A stretch of DNA of 38,269 bases from a virus (Duplodnaviria > Caudoviricetes), in the IMG/VR virus record IMGVR_UViG_3300020042_012023, positions 1 to 38,269 of that record; one strand, written 5' to 3'. The notes under the pieces were generated by a model. That model saw nothing but the letters and a program-made list of their open reading frames with translations, did no database searches and was not told where the DNA came from. A program made the translations under genes and the position numbers. Of the stretch, positions 9,409 through 20,041 are shown piece after piece (the stretch's first letter is position 1; the number at the start of each line of letters is the position of its first letter).

Positions 9409-11357
9409 AAAATGAGTATTGGTTATTAGACGAGCCGAAAAAAGTCGTAGACCAACTTGCGAGGATCCACAGTGAGTGGGGAATATATAGCACGTCGCCT
9501 TTTCGAACTGCATGGGTCCGCAATATCCTGGCTTATTATAGTCCCGTCCTCCATCCTGGAAGCTGGGATACTTCACTTATCATGGAGGGTGTACAGGGCG
9601 AGTTGGTCCGCATGTATACGCCGCAAGCGCGGACTATGACCCGCCAAATGGTGACCCTGGTTACTAAAAATCCTATCTCGCTCAAGTGCATGGCTGAAGT
9701 CATGGACGGCGAGATTATGGACACGATAAAACTCGGGAATGCGGTCGCGTCCCAAATTGTCGATACCCAAAGACTCGACACAAAGAAGAAACAACTCGCG
9801 GAATGTGCCATTGTCGCTGGAATTGCCTTCACCTATACCAGGCTAAGGACTGACCGAGGCGATAAGGACCCCATCCTAGACGAGGACGGAGCAGTCATTT
9901 TAGACGGCGCGGTTGATATCACAATTCATACGCCTTTCGATGTTTATTACGATAGCACCATACCGGTTTGGGACGATGTGCCATGGGTGGAAGTCAGGAC
10001 CATGCGCTCAAGGTGGGACTTGATAGCCCAGCACCCCGAGTTGACCGACGAAATCCTGGCTATTCCGAGTGCAGCGCAAGTCTCTGGAGTCAAGTCGTGG
10101 TTTGAGAGGGTCACCCAGAATGACGACATGATTTACTGTTGGGAGCTCTATATCAGGCCATGTCCGGCAGTTCCCAAGGGTCGGATGATGATGTATAGCG
10201 GGGCGAAATGCGTCTATTACGACGGTTACAACGCGTATGGGACCATCCCGGTAGAGCCGATGATACCTGAGCAGGTCATGGGGACGACGCTAGGGTATCC
10301 CCAGTTCACAAACCTCATGGCATGCCAAGAGATGTACGATAACTCCATGTCGGCGATAGCGTCCAACCAGGCGGCTTTCGCGGTCCAGAATATCGCAGTG
10401 CCAAGGTCGGCTAACGTCAACGTCCAGGAAATTGGGGGTATGAGGTTCACATTTTACACTCCCCAAAACATTCCAGGTGGTGGGAAGCCCGAGCCGATGA
10501 ATCTTGTCGCGTCTAGTCCAGAGACCTTCAAGTATGCCGACATGCTCAAAGAACAAATGATGGAGATGATGAACCTAAACGGTGCTTTGCGCGGAGCTCC
10601 TCCATCAGGTGCGAGCTCGGGTGTGGCGATTGCGACCCTTAGCGCAAACGGCATTGAATTTTCGACAAGTCTCCAGGAATCTTTGAATGATTGTCTAGCC
10701 AGAACTATCAAGCATGCAATCAAGTGCTATATCGTCTTTGGACCTGGAGTAGAGCGTAAGGTTCAAATGTCGGGGACTAACAACCAAGTCTCTTCGAAAA
10801 CTTATACTGGCGAGCAGTTAAAATCGATATCGGGTATCAAGATTACGATGCAAAACCCCCTCATGCAGACCATCGCTGGAAGGCTGGAAGTAGGGGAAAA
10901 ACTTTTGCAAATGCCAAGGGACCTTTGGGGGAAATACGTTTCTATTTTGGAGGGTCAACCACTCCAGAAAATGTATCAAGATGAATTGTCCGAGGACGAT
11001 TTGATTGAGGCAGAAAACGAAGAACTATCTAAGGGAGTCCAGGTCCCTAGCCTGATCACCGATGATCATCCTAAGCACATTCAGAAGCACGCCGCGGCTT
11101 TATCGGATCCTAAGATTAGGCTCCAAGGTCAAATGATTGAGCTCTTTTTGGCGCATATTGAAGAACACTATAAATTAGCTCTAGAACAGGATCCTTCGCT
11201 GACAGCGATGATTCGCACAGGTAAAATGCCAGAAGGGGGGTTACAGTCAACTCCTCCTCCTCCACAAGGAGCGGTCCCACCGGGGAGCGAAACAGCGGAA
11301 GTCCCCGCGCTACCCACGGCTAAACCGGCTCGTGATCTTATTGAGGGTCAACGCTAA
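9405..11357 (+). CDS. Portal protein
   Basis: 650 aa; P22/podovirus portal-like pattern (LVTKNP, PFDVYYD, YG-IP, NLMACQEMYD, LRG...SGVAI, DDHPKHIQKH). Confidence 0.8.
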   Translation: MKNEYWLLDEPKKVVDQLARIHSEWGIYSTSPFRTAWVRNILAYYSPVLHPGSWDTSLIMEGVQGELVRMYTPQARTMTRQMVTLVTKNPISLKCMAEVMDGEIMDTIKLGNAVASQIVDTQRLDTKKKQLAECAIVAGIAFTYTRLRTDRGDKDPILDEDGAVILDGAVDITIHTPFDVYYDSTIPVWDDVPWVEVRTMRSRWDLIAQHPELTDEILAIPSAAQVSGVKSWFERVTQNDDMIYCWELYIRPCPAVPKGRMMMYSGAKCVYYDGYNAYGTIPVEPMIPEQVMGTTLGYPQFTNLMACQEMYDNSMSAIASNQAAFAVQNIAVPRSANVNVQEIGGMRFTFYTPQNIPGGGKPEPMNLVASSPETFKYADMLKEQMMEMMNLNGALRGAPPSGASSGVAIATLSANGIEFSTSLQESLNDCLARTIKHAIKCYIVFGPGVERKVQMSGTNNQVSSKTYTGEQLKSISGIKITMQNPLMQTIAGRLEVGEKLLQMPRDLWGKYVSILEGQPLQKMYQDELSEDDLIEAENEELSKGVQVPSLITDDHPKHIQKHAAALSDPKIRLQGQMIELFLAHIEEHYKLALEQDPSLTAMIRTGKMPEGGLQSTPPPPQGAVPPGSETAEVPALPTAKPARDLIEGQR

Positions 11358-13207
11358 TGGCTTACGCTTTTGACAAAATCATGAATATGGTTGACCCCAA
11401 AATCGATGTGTTTGGGCAGAGCCAACCTGGAGGACAAGGTGGGCAAAACCAAACCCAGTCTCAAGGTGGGACAGGGGAGACTAAGTCGACGACTGACGGC
11501 GATGTGTCTGGAGGGGGGACAGGAGGCACTACAGCGGGTGGAGCGAGCGCGAGTGTGGCTCCAGCATCAACCGCGAGTATGTCCAGCCAAGCGGCCTTTA
11601 CGGCGGCTCAGAACCAGCCGCAATCTAAATTCAAACCCTTCGCAGATATCGGCCAAAAACTTAAGGCTAATGAGACTGCGCTACAGGATGAAGCCAATAC
11701 CTACGTCGCGAGTCAAAAAGCGAAGCAGACCTACGATATCGGGGACAGCGATATTGATAAGGCAGTGGCCGGTGATGCTGACGCGAAGGCAAAAGCCTCG
11801 GGTCTTATCTCAAAAGCCACAATCAACCCTTTCGACAAGTATGAGCAGAAGGTCAACCCCTACGTCTCGGACCTGGAGAAGTTTAAGTCGGAGCCTGGAC
11901 TTACCGGGTATTTTAGGTCTCTGTATGGTCCAGGGTATAGCCGGGGACAGGCTTCTTTCGATATTGGCCGGTTACAAAGTGACCCCCAATATTTCTCTGA
12001 CTTGCGAGGGCTACAAGGGACCCAACAAGATTTGGAAAAGAAAGCCGCGGGATTTTTCGATCCCACGACTGGAGCCGAGTCACAGGTTGACGCGTATGGG
12101 AAGCAGAATTTAGCATCTGCTAAATCCAGGGTCGGTGACTATTTGTCCAAACTCCGGGGGGACCTGGAAGGCACGAATGCCGGGGAATTAAAAGCCTACC
12201 AAGATGAACTGGAGAAATTGAAAACCGATGCTGGTTACCGCGGGTCGAAAGTGGCCGGAGGCCTTGCCGATCCTGGAATCAAGACGTCCATTTCCCAAGC
12301 GATTGCAGCAAACCCCGAGCTCCAGAAATACTTGACCCCCGAGTCCATTGCGGCGTTTGGTCTGAATCCAGCTGACTATGCCAAGTTATTTAGTGGCGAG
12401 TTGAACGCCGATATGTTTTACGACGCGACTGAAGCCAACCGGTTTAACAACATCAACTCTATTTTGGGAGTGGGTGGAGCGGGTAAAGTCGCTGGAAATC
12501 GTCCAGGGGACGCGGCGACCTTTGATACAGCTGGATATTCCAAGGCGGCGATTGACCGAGCGACCGGTAAAAACACAGCTGCAAACGAAGCGGCGAGGGC
12601 GAATATCGAAAGGCTCAAGGGCGAGATTGCAGCACGAAGGGCGCGAGCACAAGAATCGCAGAAGGGTGTGAACTATGACGATATTAAGTCTAATCTTAAA
12701 AATTCTATGGTGGGTAACTATAGTCGTATGGGCAGAGATTTGGGTCAACTCCAAGCCGTCGACATAAACCCCTTCTTTAAAGGGATGGGCGAGGACCTTT
12801 CGAATGATGCAGACTTCCTAACACAGGAAGAGGCTGATCAGTGGAATGCGGCTAACGAGGAGCTTATGGACTCGGCGCGTTTAGGAGCAGGGAGATATTC
12901 AGGGGGGTATAATCCCAATAACTGGACCTTCGATAGCACTGGGTATGATGCAGCATTAGCGGCTATTGGTATGGCACCTCCTCCCCCTCCACCTCCTACT
13001 CCTCCCCCTCCAATGGTTCATAATAAAAGCGACATACCTGCTAAAACAGGTCAGGTCATGCAGGATGTAGGCAAATTTGGTCAAGACGTGAATGATGTAT
13101 ACCAACAGGTTATCGATGCTCCAGGAAACATTTTGGAAGCAATTACACCTCCAGTAATCAAAAACAACCCTACAGTTAAAAAAGTCGGTCGAGGAGTGAA
13201 AATATGA
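11357..13207 (+). CDS. Putative internal virion (ejection) protein
   Basis: 616 aa, G/A/Q-rich and helical, no Cys, translationally coupled to the portal gene. Confidence 0.6.
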   Translation: MAYAFDKIMNMVDPKIDVFGQSQPGGQGGQNQTQSQGGTGETKSTTDGDVSGGGTGGTTAGGASASVAPASTASMSSQAAFTAAQNQPQSKFKPFADIGQKLKANETALQDEANTYVASQKAKQTYDIGDSDIDKAVAGDADAKAKASGLISKATINPFDKYEQKVNPYVSDLEKFKSEPGLTGYFRSLYGPGYSRGQASFDIGRLQSDPQYFSDLRGLQGTQQDLEKKAAGFFDPTTGAESQVDAYGKQNLASAKSRVGDYLSKLRGDLEGTNAGELKAYQDELEKLKTDAGYRGSKVAGGLADPGIKTSISQAIAANPELQKYLTPESIAAFGLNPADYAKLFSGELNADMFYDATEANRFNNINSILGVGGAGKVAGNRPGDAATFDTAGYSKAAIDRATGKNTAANEAARANIERLKGEIAARRARAQESQKGVNYDDIKSNLKNSMVGNYSRMGRDLGQLQAVDINPFFKGMGEDLSNDADFLTQEEADQWNAANEELMDSARLGAGRYSGGYNPNNWTFDSTGYDAALAAIGMAPPPPPPPTPPPPMVHNKSDIPAKTGQVMQDVGKFGQDVNDVYQQVIDAPGNILEAITPPVIKNNPTVKKVGRGVKI

Positions 13208-14529
13208 TTGGAGCGATCGCAGCTGTAGCTGGAATTGCCGCGGTAGGGGGACTAGTCAACCTCTACAACGCCGAAAAGGCGAGGGGTGCTGACCGGCAAA
13301 GGCTTAAAGAAATCCGAGCTCTTTTCGAGAAAATCAAACCACCTGATTACGATGTTTCGATTGATGCCCCCCCGCAATATCATACGGAGGCACTGAAACA
13401 GCCTAAGTATTCGGACCCTCAGCAAGCACCCCAATTTGACACCTCCAGGCTCACTCCTGAGGACTTGAAGCTAGTTGGTAAGTATACCCCTCAGTTAGCT
13501 CCCTATGTTGCTGAAGCTGCACCGGAACTGGTAAAACAAAGCGCACAAGCGATGGAAGGGAGAAACGCCCAGAAGTCTGCTTTGCAAAAATATATGCAAA
13601 TGGGAGAGACCGGTGACGACGCGATATCTGCACAAGAAAGTGCGATGGCTCAACGTAGAGCTGGAGCTGATTCTCGTAGCCGTTTGGCTAGTCTACAACA
13701 ATCTTTTGAGCGGCGTGGTCAAGGTGGAGCTGGACTCCAAATGGCGGCTCAACTCGGCGCGGCACAGGGTTCTAGCGACATGGAAGCGCAAGCGCAAATG
13801 CAAGCCGCGGCTGACGCACAACGTCGTAGACTTGGCGCATTGGCGAGCGGCTCGCAATTAGGTGGACAGTTATACGGCCAAGAGATGGACCTCGCGCAGA
13901 CCAATACCGGGATTATTAACAACTTCAACCAGCGCATGGCTGGAGCTCGGCAAAACTGGGAAAACAAACGAGCGGCTGAAATGTCGGACGCCAACCGGTT
14001 TAATCTAGGCCTGGAGCAGGAAGTAGCTAACCGCAACGTCGGAGCTCGCAATGATGCGGCTGAGAAGAACCTTAGAAGGTCCGATGAATTGACTCGCTAC
14101 GGCGCAGACTTCAGGACTCGGGAAAGAGATAGGTCCGACAATATAGAACGCGAGCGTTATGGCAATGACCGAAGCGAGCGAGACTTCCAAAATCGAGTCG
14201 CAGAAAGTCGTGCATCTTGGGCGGCTAAAAACCGCGCCAATGCTAACAATATTCGCAGTCAACAGTTTGATGATCAATACAAGTGGGCGTCAGGAATGTC
14301 TGGAGCTCTAGGGCAGGAACGCGCCGCGGCTAGGGAGCGCGACCAAGATAGGGCTTCGGCTGTCCAAGGGTTTGCTAATACTGGAATGACTGCGGCCAAT
14401 TCATACGGCCAAGGGCGTGACTACAGTCGGGCTCAAGCCTCCGAGGACGATAGGGCCTACATGGAAAAAAAGGGTTCTTGGATGCCAAAGAAAGAGCGCG
14501 ATCAAAGAGAGGATGATTATGGTTGGTGA
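13204..14529 (+). CDS. Putative internal virion (ejection/pilot) protein
   Basis: Hydrophobic Gly/Ala N-terminus (MIGAIAAVAGIAAVGGLV) followed by A/Q/R-rich coiled coil. Confidence 0.65.
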   Translation: MIGAIAAVAGIAAVGGLVNLYNAEKARGADRQRLKEIRALFEKIKPPDYDVSIDAPPQYHTEALKQPKYSDPQQAPQFDTSRLTPEDLKLVGKYTPQLAPYVAEAAPELVKQSAQAMEGRNAQKSALQKYMQMGETGDDAISAQESAMAQRRAGADSRSRLASLQQSFERRGQGGAGLQMAAQLGAAQGSSDMEAQAQMQAAADAQRRRLGALASGSQLGGQLYGQEMDLAQTNTGIINNFNQRMAGARQNWENKRAAEMSDANRFNLGLEQEVANRNVGARNDAAEKNLRRSDELTRYGADFRTRERDRSDNIERERYGNDRSERDFQNRVAESRASWAAKNRANANNIRSQQFDDQYKWASGMSGALGQERAAARERDQDRASAVQGFANTGMTAANSYGQGRDYSRAQASEDDRAYMEKKGSWMPKKERDQREDDYGW

Positions 14530-15451
14530 TCCTTTTGACATGGACGAACGCGTCAAAAAATACCTAAAAACTCGGGGACAAAGAGCTGACCCCGACAGTC
14601 CGCAGTTTAAGTATGGCATGGGCGCAATCGAACAAGCCGGACTCCAGGGTATGGCTCGGGGTATGGCTCAAATGGGAACTGTGCATGGGAAAGCACCGAG
14701 TGCTGAGCCATTTGTCGAGTCGTCGAAACAAGGCATGGTCGGCATGGAGTCTTTGGCGAAACAGCCTGAAATAGACCCCCAAGTGATGAAGTATATTTTG
14801 GATCGGACCAAACCTGCTTCAGGTGGAAATACGACCATTTTCCAAAAGGGACCTACTACACCTGCGGGATATGCGACTACGTTTGATCCGACTACTGGTA
14901 CATACAAAGAGACAACCCAAAAAGTTAAGGTAGCTCCTCCTCCAGGATCCGCTCCACATAAGCAAAACCTGACGGAAAACAAACAGGCTGGAATTGCCAA
15001 GCAAGGTCTTTTGTCTGAGAAACAATATCAAGATGCGACTACCGGCGATGGTGCTTGGGACCCTACTAAACAGTTTCAGTTTATAGACTCAAGTAACATG
15101 GAGTTTATGAATCAATTTAAGTCTCCTAAGGCCCAAAATGCACATGCAGCGATGCGTGCCTGGGTCGAGACCTTTTTAAGGGATGCTTCCGGTGCAGCGA
15201 TTGCGCCAGCGGAGAGTGTAAAGTATTTTTCCACTTATTTTCCTAGCGCAGGAGACAACCCTGTAACTGTAGAACAGAAAAAACAGCAAAGAATGCAAAA
15301 AGTGCGTACAGCTGCGGCGAATGGTTGGATTTCTGAAGCAGACCTGAATCAAGCTTTAGCGGGGGGAGGGTCTGCACCAAAAAGACCTTTAACTCCTGAA
15401 CAGCAAAAAGAATTAGAAGAACGTAGGAAGCGTAAAGCAGGTGTCAAATGA
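14519..15451 (+). CDS. Putative internal virion (ejection) protein
   Basis: Start moved to ATG 14519 (GAGG SD, overlaps upstream stop); contains FLRDASGAAI...YFP..GD....QK.Q.R, a pattern I associate with podovirus core proteins. Confidence 0.6.
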   Translation: MVGDPFDMDERVKKYLKTRGQRADPDSPQFKYGMGAIEQAGLQGMARGMAQMGTVHGKAPSAEPFVESSKQGMVGMESLAKQPEIDPQVMKYILDRTKPASGGNTTIFQKGPTTPAGYATTFDPTTGTYKETTQKVKVAPPPGSAPHKQNLTENKQAGIAKQGLLSEKQYQDATTGDGAWDPTKQFQFIDSSNMEFMNQFKSPKAQNAHAAMRAWVETFLRDASGAAIAPAESVKYFSTYFPSAGDNPVTVEQKKQQRMQKVRTAAANGWISEADLNQALAGGGSAPKRPLTPEQQKELEERRKRKAGVK

Positions 15452-17142
15452 ACGAGCTAGAAGAACTGGAAGCCTTGCGCAAAGAGCAGGGAGAAGAGGA
15501 TGAACTAGCGGAATTAGAAAGACTCAGGCAGGAGCAGGGACCCCTTGAAGGCGGGGAGTCAATCCCAGCCTGGAAATCTGCTATGGGGGGGTTATCGCAA
15601 GGTCTTACTTTGGGCCTAGGGAATAGAGTGATTGCTGGAGCAGAAGGTGTAGGGGACTATGCTTTAAACCGAGCGGCGCATGCTGTCGAGGGTGTCCCTT
15701 ACGAGGGTCCTACGCTTGGACAAGCGTACAAAGCCAAACGAGATGAATTGCAAAGATCTTACGACGAGGCGCAAAAGCAGAATCCTAAATCTTATATGGG
15801 TGGATCTTTTGCCGGTGGAGCAGGAACATCGGTTCTCCCTGGAGGCGCAGGTCTTAAATTTGGCTTAGCGGCTGGAGGGGTGCAGGGACTTGGAGAATCC
15901 AAGGCAGACTGGACCCTGGATAATGCTGGGGAGCTAGCCAAGGATGCTGGAATGGGCGTCGCAGGGAGTGCTGGAGGGTATGTCCTAGGCAAAGGCTTTG
16001 GTAAAGCAATGAGTGCCATGGGGTCAAAACCAATCCAAAAAGGTCTTGCCGGAACAGCTGATTTTGTGGCTGATCTACCCTCAGAAGTGGGAAATAAAAT
16101 CGTCGAAAGACCTGAGCTCGCAAAGATTGAGCCTAAGGGGAACATAGATCTAGCCGATTCTGTAGCCACTAGAGCCAATGATTTAGCTAGGCAATTAAGG
16201 TCTGAAGGTAGTAAGGCTTGGGATGCGCTGATAAACACTTCGAAAGAGTTTGAGGCAAATTTAGGCCAGAACTTTTTTGAGAAGCCTATAAGTGAAGCCG
16301 GGACCAGCATCAAAGACGGTTTGAGAAATATTCCATTGGTAGTCGCAGCTGAAAATAATATATTACAGAGCCAGCAAACTGCTCAAGCTTCTGCCAAAAG
16401 ACAACTTGAGAATGTTATGTATGATATAGATCATATAAAAAACTGGTCAGACTTAAAGACAGTCATTCAAAATATGGACGACAACATAGACTGGACAAAC
16501 CCTGAAAAAAGCGTAGCAAACGAGATGCTAACGCAAACCAGGAGGCGTTTAGATGCGTTTTTAAAAGACGCAAGTCCAGAGTATGAAGAAATTATGGGAC
16601 CTATTGCCGAGAAAGCCTCGCAATTAAGCAATCTACAAAAAAGGTTTGCCCTTAAAAAGGGTGCAGCTGATTTCACTTCTAGTGACAATACTGTTAGTTC
16701 AGCTAAAAACCTCGTTAATAATATGAATAAACAATTATCTCCACAATTGAAATCAGATTTAGGACAGCCACTCCAAGATGATTTTGACATGGCTAGCATG
16801 TATAAAAGGTCCAGGGGTGATACTGGCCGAGGTGGTCGAGGGGTCTACTGGGGTGGATTTTCAGGTGCTGGACTCAGCACCGCCTTAGGTATGGACCCCA
16901 TGGTAGGGGGTGCTATTGGTGGTCTTTCAGGTATGGTTAGGGATAAATTTGGACGGCAAATTGCTAGTTCTTTGCTAGCCACAGGCGCACCTGCAATTAA
17001 GGGTCTAGATAAGGTGCTTGGTTCTGTAGATCAAGTATGGGAATCGTTGCCTGATGGACAAAAGAAAGTTTTAGCAAATGCTGCGCAGCGCGGAGCGCAA
17101 AGCTTTATGGTAACATGGGCACTCATGAATAAGGATCAATGA
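15448..17142 (+). CDS. Putative internal virion (ejection) protein
   Basis: 564 aa; GLSQGLTLG and Gly/Ala hydrophobic stretches near both ends, helical core. Confidence 0.65.
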   Translation: MNELEELEALRKEQGEEDELAELERLRQEQGPLEGGESIPAWKSAMGGLSQGLTLGLGNRVIAGAEGVGDYALNRAAHAVEGVPYEGPTLGQAYKAKRDELQRSYDEAQKQNPKSYMGGSFAGGAGTSVLPGGAGLKFGLAAGGVQGLGESKADWTLDNAGELAKDAGMGVAGSAGGYVLGKGFGKAMSAMGSKPIQKGLAGTADFVADLPSEVGNKIVERPELAKIEPKGNIDLADSVATRANDLARQLRSEGSKAWDALINTSKEFEANLGQNFFEKPISEAGTSIKDGLRNIPLVVAAENNILQSQQTAQASAKRQLENVMYDIDHIKNWSDLKTVIQNMDDNIDWTNPEKSVANEMLTQTRRRLDAFLKDASPEYEEIMGPIAEKASQLSNLQKRFALKKGAADFTSSDNTVSSAKNLVNNMNKQLSPQLKSDLGQPLQDDFDMASMYKRSRGDTGRGGRGVYWGGFSGAGLSTALGMDPMVGGAIGGLSGMVRDKFGRQIASSLLATGAPAIKGLDKVLGSVDQVWESLPDGQKKVLANAAQRGAQSFMVTWALMNKDQ

Positions 17143-17143
17143 A

Positions 17144-17479
17144 ATGGCAAAGAGTTTTACGTTACTAGAAACCCAAAGCGCGGCGTCCAATTTAAACTCT
17201 GGAGTCCTCGACCTTGTCGACTTGACCACTGGGAGTTTTTACATTGCGTTTACAGGCGCAAACGTGGTTGGGGTGCTTAATCTCCAGGGTTCAGTGGATG
17301 GGTCGAGTTTTTTCAACTACCCCTCGGCGACTCAAAACGTCACGGCGAGCACAGGCCATATTTATGACTTGAATCCTACTGGGGTGAGGTATTTCAGGAT
17401 AGGCTGGACCTATACCTCGGGCACTGGAAATATCACAGTGCTAGCATTTACCAAAAACAACGTGGTGAGTGGAGCATGA
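17144..17479 (+). CDS. Small beta-sandwich virion protein (paralogue of 18317..18694)
   Basis: LQGSVDGSSF...YFRIGWTYTSGTGNITV, a jelly-roll/discoidin-like pattern. Confidence 0.55.
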   Translation: MAKSFTLLETQSAASNLNSGVLDLVDLTTGSFYIAFTGANVVGVLNLQGSVDGSSFFNYPSATQNVTASTGHIYDLNPTGVRYFRIGWTYTSGTGNITVLAFTKNNVVSGA

Positions 17480-17958
17480 CCTACATAGTCGTCCCAGTTC
17501 CTGGAAGTGCAGGCGTTATAACCCCTTCCGATATAACCCCAATCACTGACGGTAGCTTCCCGAGCACTGGGGAGCTCTTTGAGACTGTCTATGCAGACAC
17601 TCCAGCCCTAAGTAATACCGACGTAGGGACTTCGGGTAACTGGGGGTTCGCGACTTCGATACCCCTGGATGCTGGGAGATGGGAGCTCCAGGGTGTAGCA
17701 CGGTTCGACGAGGCAGGAGCGGTTTTGACTGATACCATTGCCGCGGCTATCTCCGACGACCCTGCTGGGGGGACTATCCAGCCCTTTGATATTCAGCAAT
17801 TCTCCCCATTTTTCGTGGGTCAGTCTAATTTCATCTTGACGCCGGTCTTTCGAGTGAGTATAGCCGTGAATACTACTTATTATTTAAACACTCGGTTTAA
17901 CTATACTTCCGGTGCGCCGGAACATGCGGGTGCGATTTGGGCGAAACGATACAGTTAA
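17476..17958 (+). CDS. Fibre-tip-like structural protein
   Basis: Pattern shared with the last ~150 aa of the tail fibre (TD..., G.W...G...F, TT.Y, GAI...R). Confidence 0.5.
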   Translation: MTYIVVPVPGSAGVITPSDITPITDGSFPSTGELFETVYADTPALSNTDVGTSGNWGFATSIPLDAGRWELQGVARFDEAGAVLTDTIAAAISDDPAGGTIQPFDIQQFSPFFVGQSNFILTPVFRVSIAVNTTYYLNTRFNYTSGAPEHAGAIWAKRYS

Positions 17959-18347
17959 CCTATACGGCGGTCGGTCGGGGACTCGTAGCGGCTCCAGTCG
18001 TGAATTTCCCTGATGAAATGAAATTTCCAGTGCAAGAATCAAAAGCGCAGGATATACATTTCTCCCCGACTTTTTCCCCGGTTTTCTCCCCAAATCTCCC
18101 CCCGCTCAACCCCACTATAGAAGTGAGGGTGGAGCCTACCCCTTATCAAATCACAGTGCCAAAGATGGACATAGAAGTTCTGGCTCCTGAGCAGGTGATT
18201 AAGTTGACTAGCATTATAAGCGTGCCTTGGTTGGGCTTGGGTGCTATTTTGTTTGCCAATTCTGCATTTCTTGTTATCCTGCTATTCGCTCTCAATTATT
18301 TTTTTTATGAGTCAGAATGGCCTTTGTCACCGACAACTTCCAACTAG
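17937..18347 (+). CDS. Pro-rich protein with C-terminal transmembrane helix
   Basis: FSPTFSPVFSP repeats; hydrophobic WLGLGAILFANSAFLVILLFALNYFFY; start uncertain. Confidence 0.5.
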   Translation: MGETIQLTYTAVGRGLVAAPVVNFPDEMKFPVQESKAQDIHFSPTFSPVFSPNLPPLNPTIEVRVEPTPYQITVPKMDIEVLAPEQVIKLTSIISVPWLGLGAILFANSAFLVILLFALNYFFYESEWPLSPTTSN

Positions 18348-18694
18348 TTAGCCTCGCCGACACTTTCAGCATGGCTTTGGACTTTCGGACTCAAAATCAG
18401 GACATGCGAACCTTCGATATTATGTGCGTCCAGGCGATTTGGGAGGGTGCCAATGGTCTTGTGCTCAACCCTGCAAAAGTTTGGGTAGAGGGATCCTTGG
18501 ACGGTATCAACTACTGCAACGTGTTCCCTGACGCGGTAGTCAAGAAAGTGACCACGGTCAATGGGTGCATGATGTATTCATTCGACGCGGTAGCCTGGAT
18601 CTACCAAAGGGTCTATTTCCAGCACCTGGGCTGCACGACTGGGAATATCAGTGTACTGAGTTTTGCCAAGCGTAGGCGGGCAAATAACCCATGA
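18317..18694 (+). CDS. Small beta-sandwich virion protein
   Basis: VEGSLDGINY...YQRVYF...TTGNISV, aligns by eye with 17144..17479. Confidence 0.55.
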   Translation: MAFVTDNFQLVSLADTFSMALDFRTQNQDMRTFDIMCVQAIWEGANGLVLNPAKVWVEGSLDGINYCNVFPDAVVKKVTTVNGCMMYSFDAVAWIYQRVYFQHLGCTTGNISVLSFAKRRRANNP

Positions 18695-19032
18695 CTGAAG
18701 CAGATTGCCTTATCCAGGGAAACTATATCACCGGGACTCTCAAAGTCTCGGGACTCACGATAGGCGGTCGGGTCTCAGTCGTGACGATCGACGATACAAC
18801 CTGGACCCCCCTCCCCCTAGTACCTCTCGATAATCGGAACGCTATAGGAATCCAAAATACTGCCGGGTTTGAGATTAAACTTCAATATGATGCGGCTACG
18901 GTTGGATATGTTGGGGTAAAGATGGGAATTGAAGGCGAACGGTATTATGATATAACTGAAGCAATTCCAATTTATGCCAAGGCGGCTCCAGGGTCTGGAT
19001 CCGTCCAAGTAGTTATTGAAGAAATCGCTTAA
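18691..19032 (+). CDS. Small virion protein (paralogue of the C-domain of 19048..19797)
   Basis: LP...L.NR.....Q...G..... IY motif order shared with the next gene. Confidence 0.55.
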   Translation: MTEADCLIQGNYITGTLKVSGLTIGGRVSVVTIDDTTWTPLPLVPLDNRNAIGIQNTAGFEIKLQYDAATVGYVGVKMGIEGERYYDITEAIPIYAKAAPGSGSVQVVIEEIA

Positions 19033-19047
19033 ACTAGGGGGTTATTC

Positions 19048-19797
19048 ATGGGTATCGTCGCAGGTGGTAAGACTCAAATTGCAGCAAACACTGGCTCCAT
19101 TGCCAACGGCGATAACATTGCCAGTTACTTGGTCGACTCGGCGGGGACACTCCTCACTTCCCAAGCTGGGAAGCTGGATGTTTACCCCGTAACGACCTTC
19201 GCTGAAGACACAGCGCATACAACCGCAGACCTTGGTGCATTTGTCCTTGCTGTCAGAAATGACGCAGGGACTTCTTTAGTTAGTGCTGACGGTGACTACA
19301 CCGGTCTCCAAGTCGACTCAACTGGCAAACTCTGGACTGCATCGTCTCTTCCTGCAAACCAGAACTTCACCCTAGCGGAAGATGCGGCGGCGGCAAGTGG
19401 CCAAATCTTAGCCATGATTGGTGCAGTAAGGTCGGACACTGCTGGAACACTTGTTTCCGCAAGCGGAGATGCAGCTTGGTTCCAACAAAACGCCGTGGGC
19501 GAATTGAGGGTTATTAACAAGTCTGAGACAGCTATCCTTCAGCAAGTCATAACCGTAGGCACGACCGCGGTTCAGCTTCCCGCAGCATCCCTGGCAAATC
19601 GCAAATCCCTTATGGTGCAAATGCTTTCCGGTGGTCAACTCTATGTAGGGAGCGCAACAGTGACTAACACTGGAGCGACCCGTGGAATTAAGCTAGGAAA
19701 CGGTGGTTTTGTTAACTTTGACGTAGGTCCCTCCGTGGCTGTATACGGTATCGCTGATGCAGCTGGTAAGGACGTGGCCGTTTTAGAAATGAGCTAA
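19048..19797 (+). CDS. Short fibre/spike-like virion protein with internal repeat
   Basis: Two copies of AED.A.......AVR.D....LVSA.GD.......G.L followed by a beta domain; GGGGG SD. Confidence 0.6.
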   Translation: MGIVAGGKTQIAANTGSIANGDNIASYLVDSAGTLLTSQAGKLDVYPVTTFAEDTAHTTADLGAFVLAVRNDAGTSLVSADGDYTGLQVDSTGKLWTASSLPANQNFTLAEDAAAASGQILAMIGAVRSDTAGTLVSASGDAAWFQQNAVGELRVINKSETAILQQVITVGTTAVQLPAASLANRKSLMVQMLSGGQLYVGSATVTNTGATRGIKLGNGGFVNFDVGPSVAVYGIADAAGKDVAVLEMS

Positions 19798-19798
19798 T

Positions 19799-20041
19799 GT
19801 GAAAGAATTTCCTAAAGTATCAAAAGAGGACTGTCTGGCTCTAGCCAACTTCATAAACGCGCTTCGGGCAGCAAAACTTCCCGAAGCGGGTTTAGTTCAA
19901 ATTATGGCTTTTGCTGATGGGGTGCGGTGGTTACAAGAGCTAGCACAAGCCATGGCTACTATTTACGCAAAGAGCCAGGAGCCTCCAAAAGAAGAGGGAT
20001 TCACGGTGAAAGCGATACACCCTGGAGGGGTCCTTGAGTAA
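19799..20041 (+). CDS. Hypothetical helical protein (possible fibre chaperone)
   Basis: 80 aa, GTG start, tightly packed; function from position only. Confidence 0.45.
   Translation: MKEFPKVSKEDCLALANFINALRAAKLPEAGLVQIMAFADGVRWLQELAQAMATIYAKSQEPPKEEGFTVKAIHPGGVLE

Noticed and set aside
11391-12113. 240-aa overlapping ORF in an alternative + frame
   Set aside because: R/P/S/L-rich shadow-frame composition, TTG start with no SD, fully inside a convincing gene.
12977-13012. CCT/CCA-rich tracts (also ~22150-22240)
   Set aside because: They encode poly-Pro linkers in an ejection protein and in ERF; low-complexity coding sequence.
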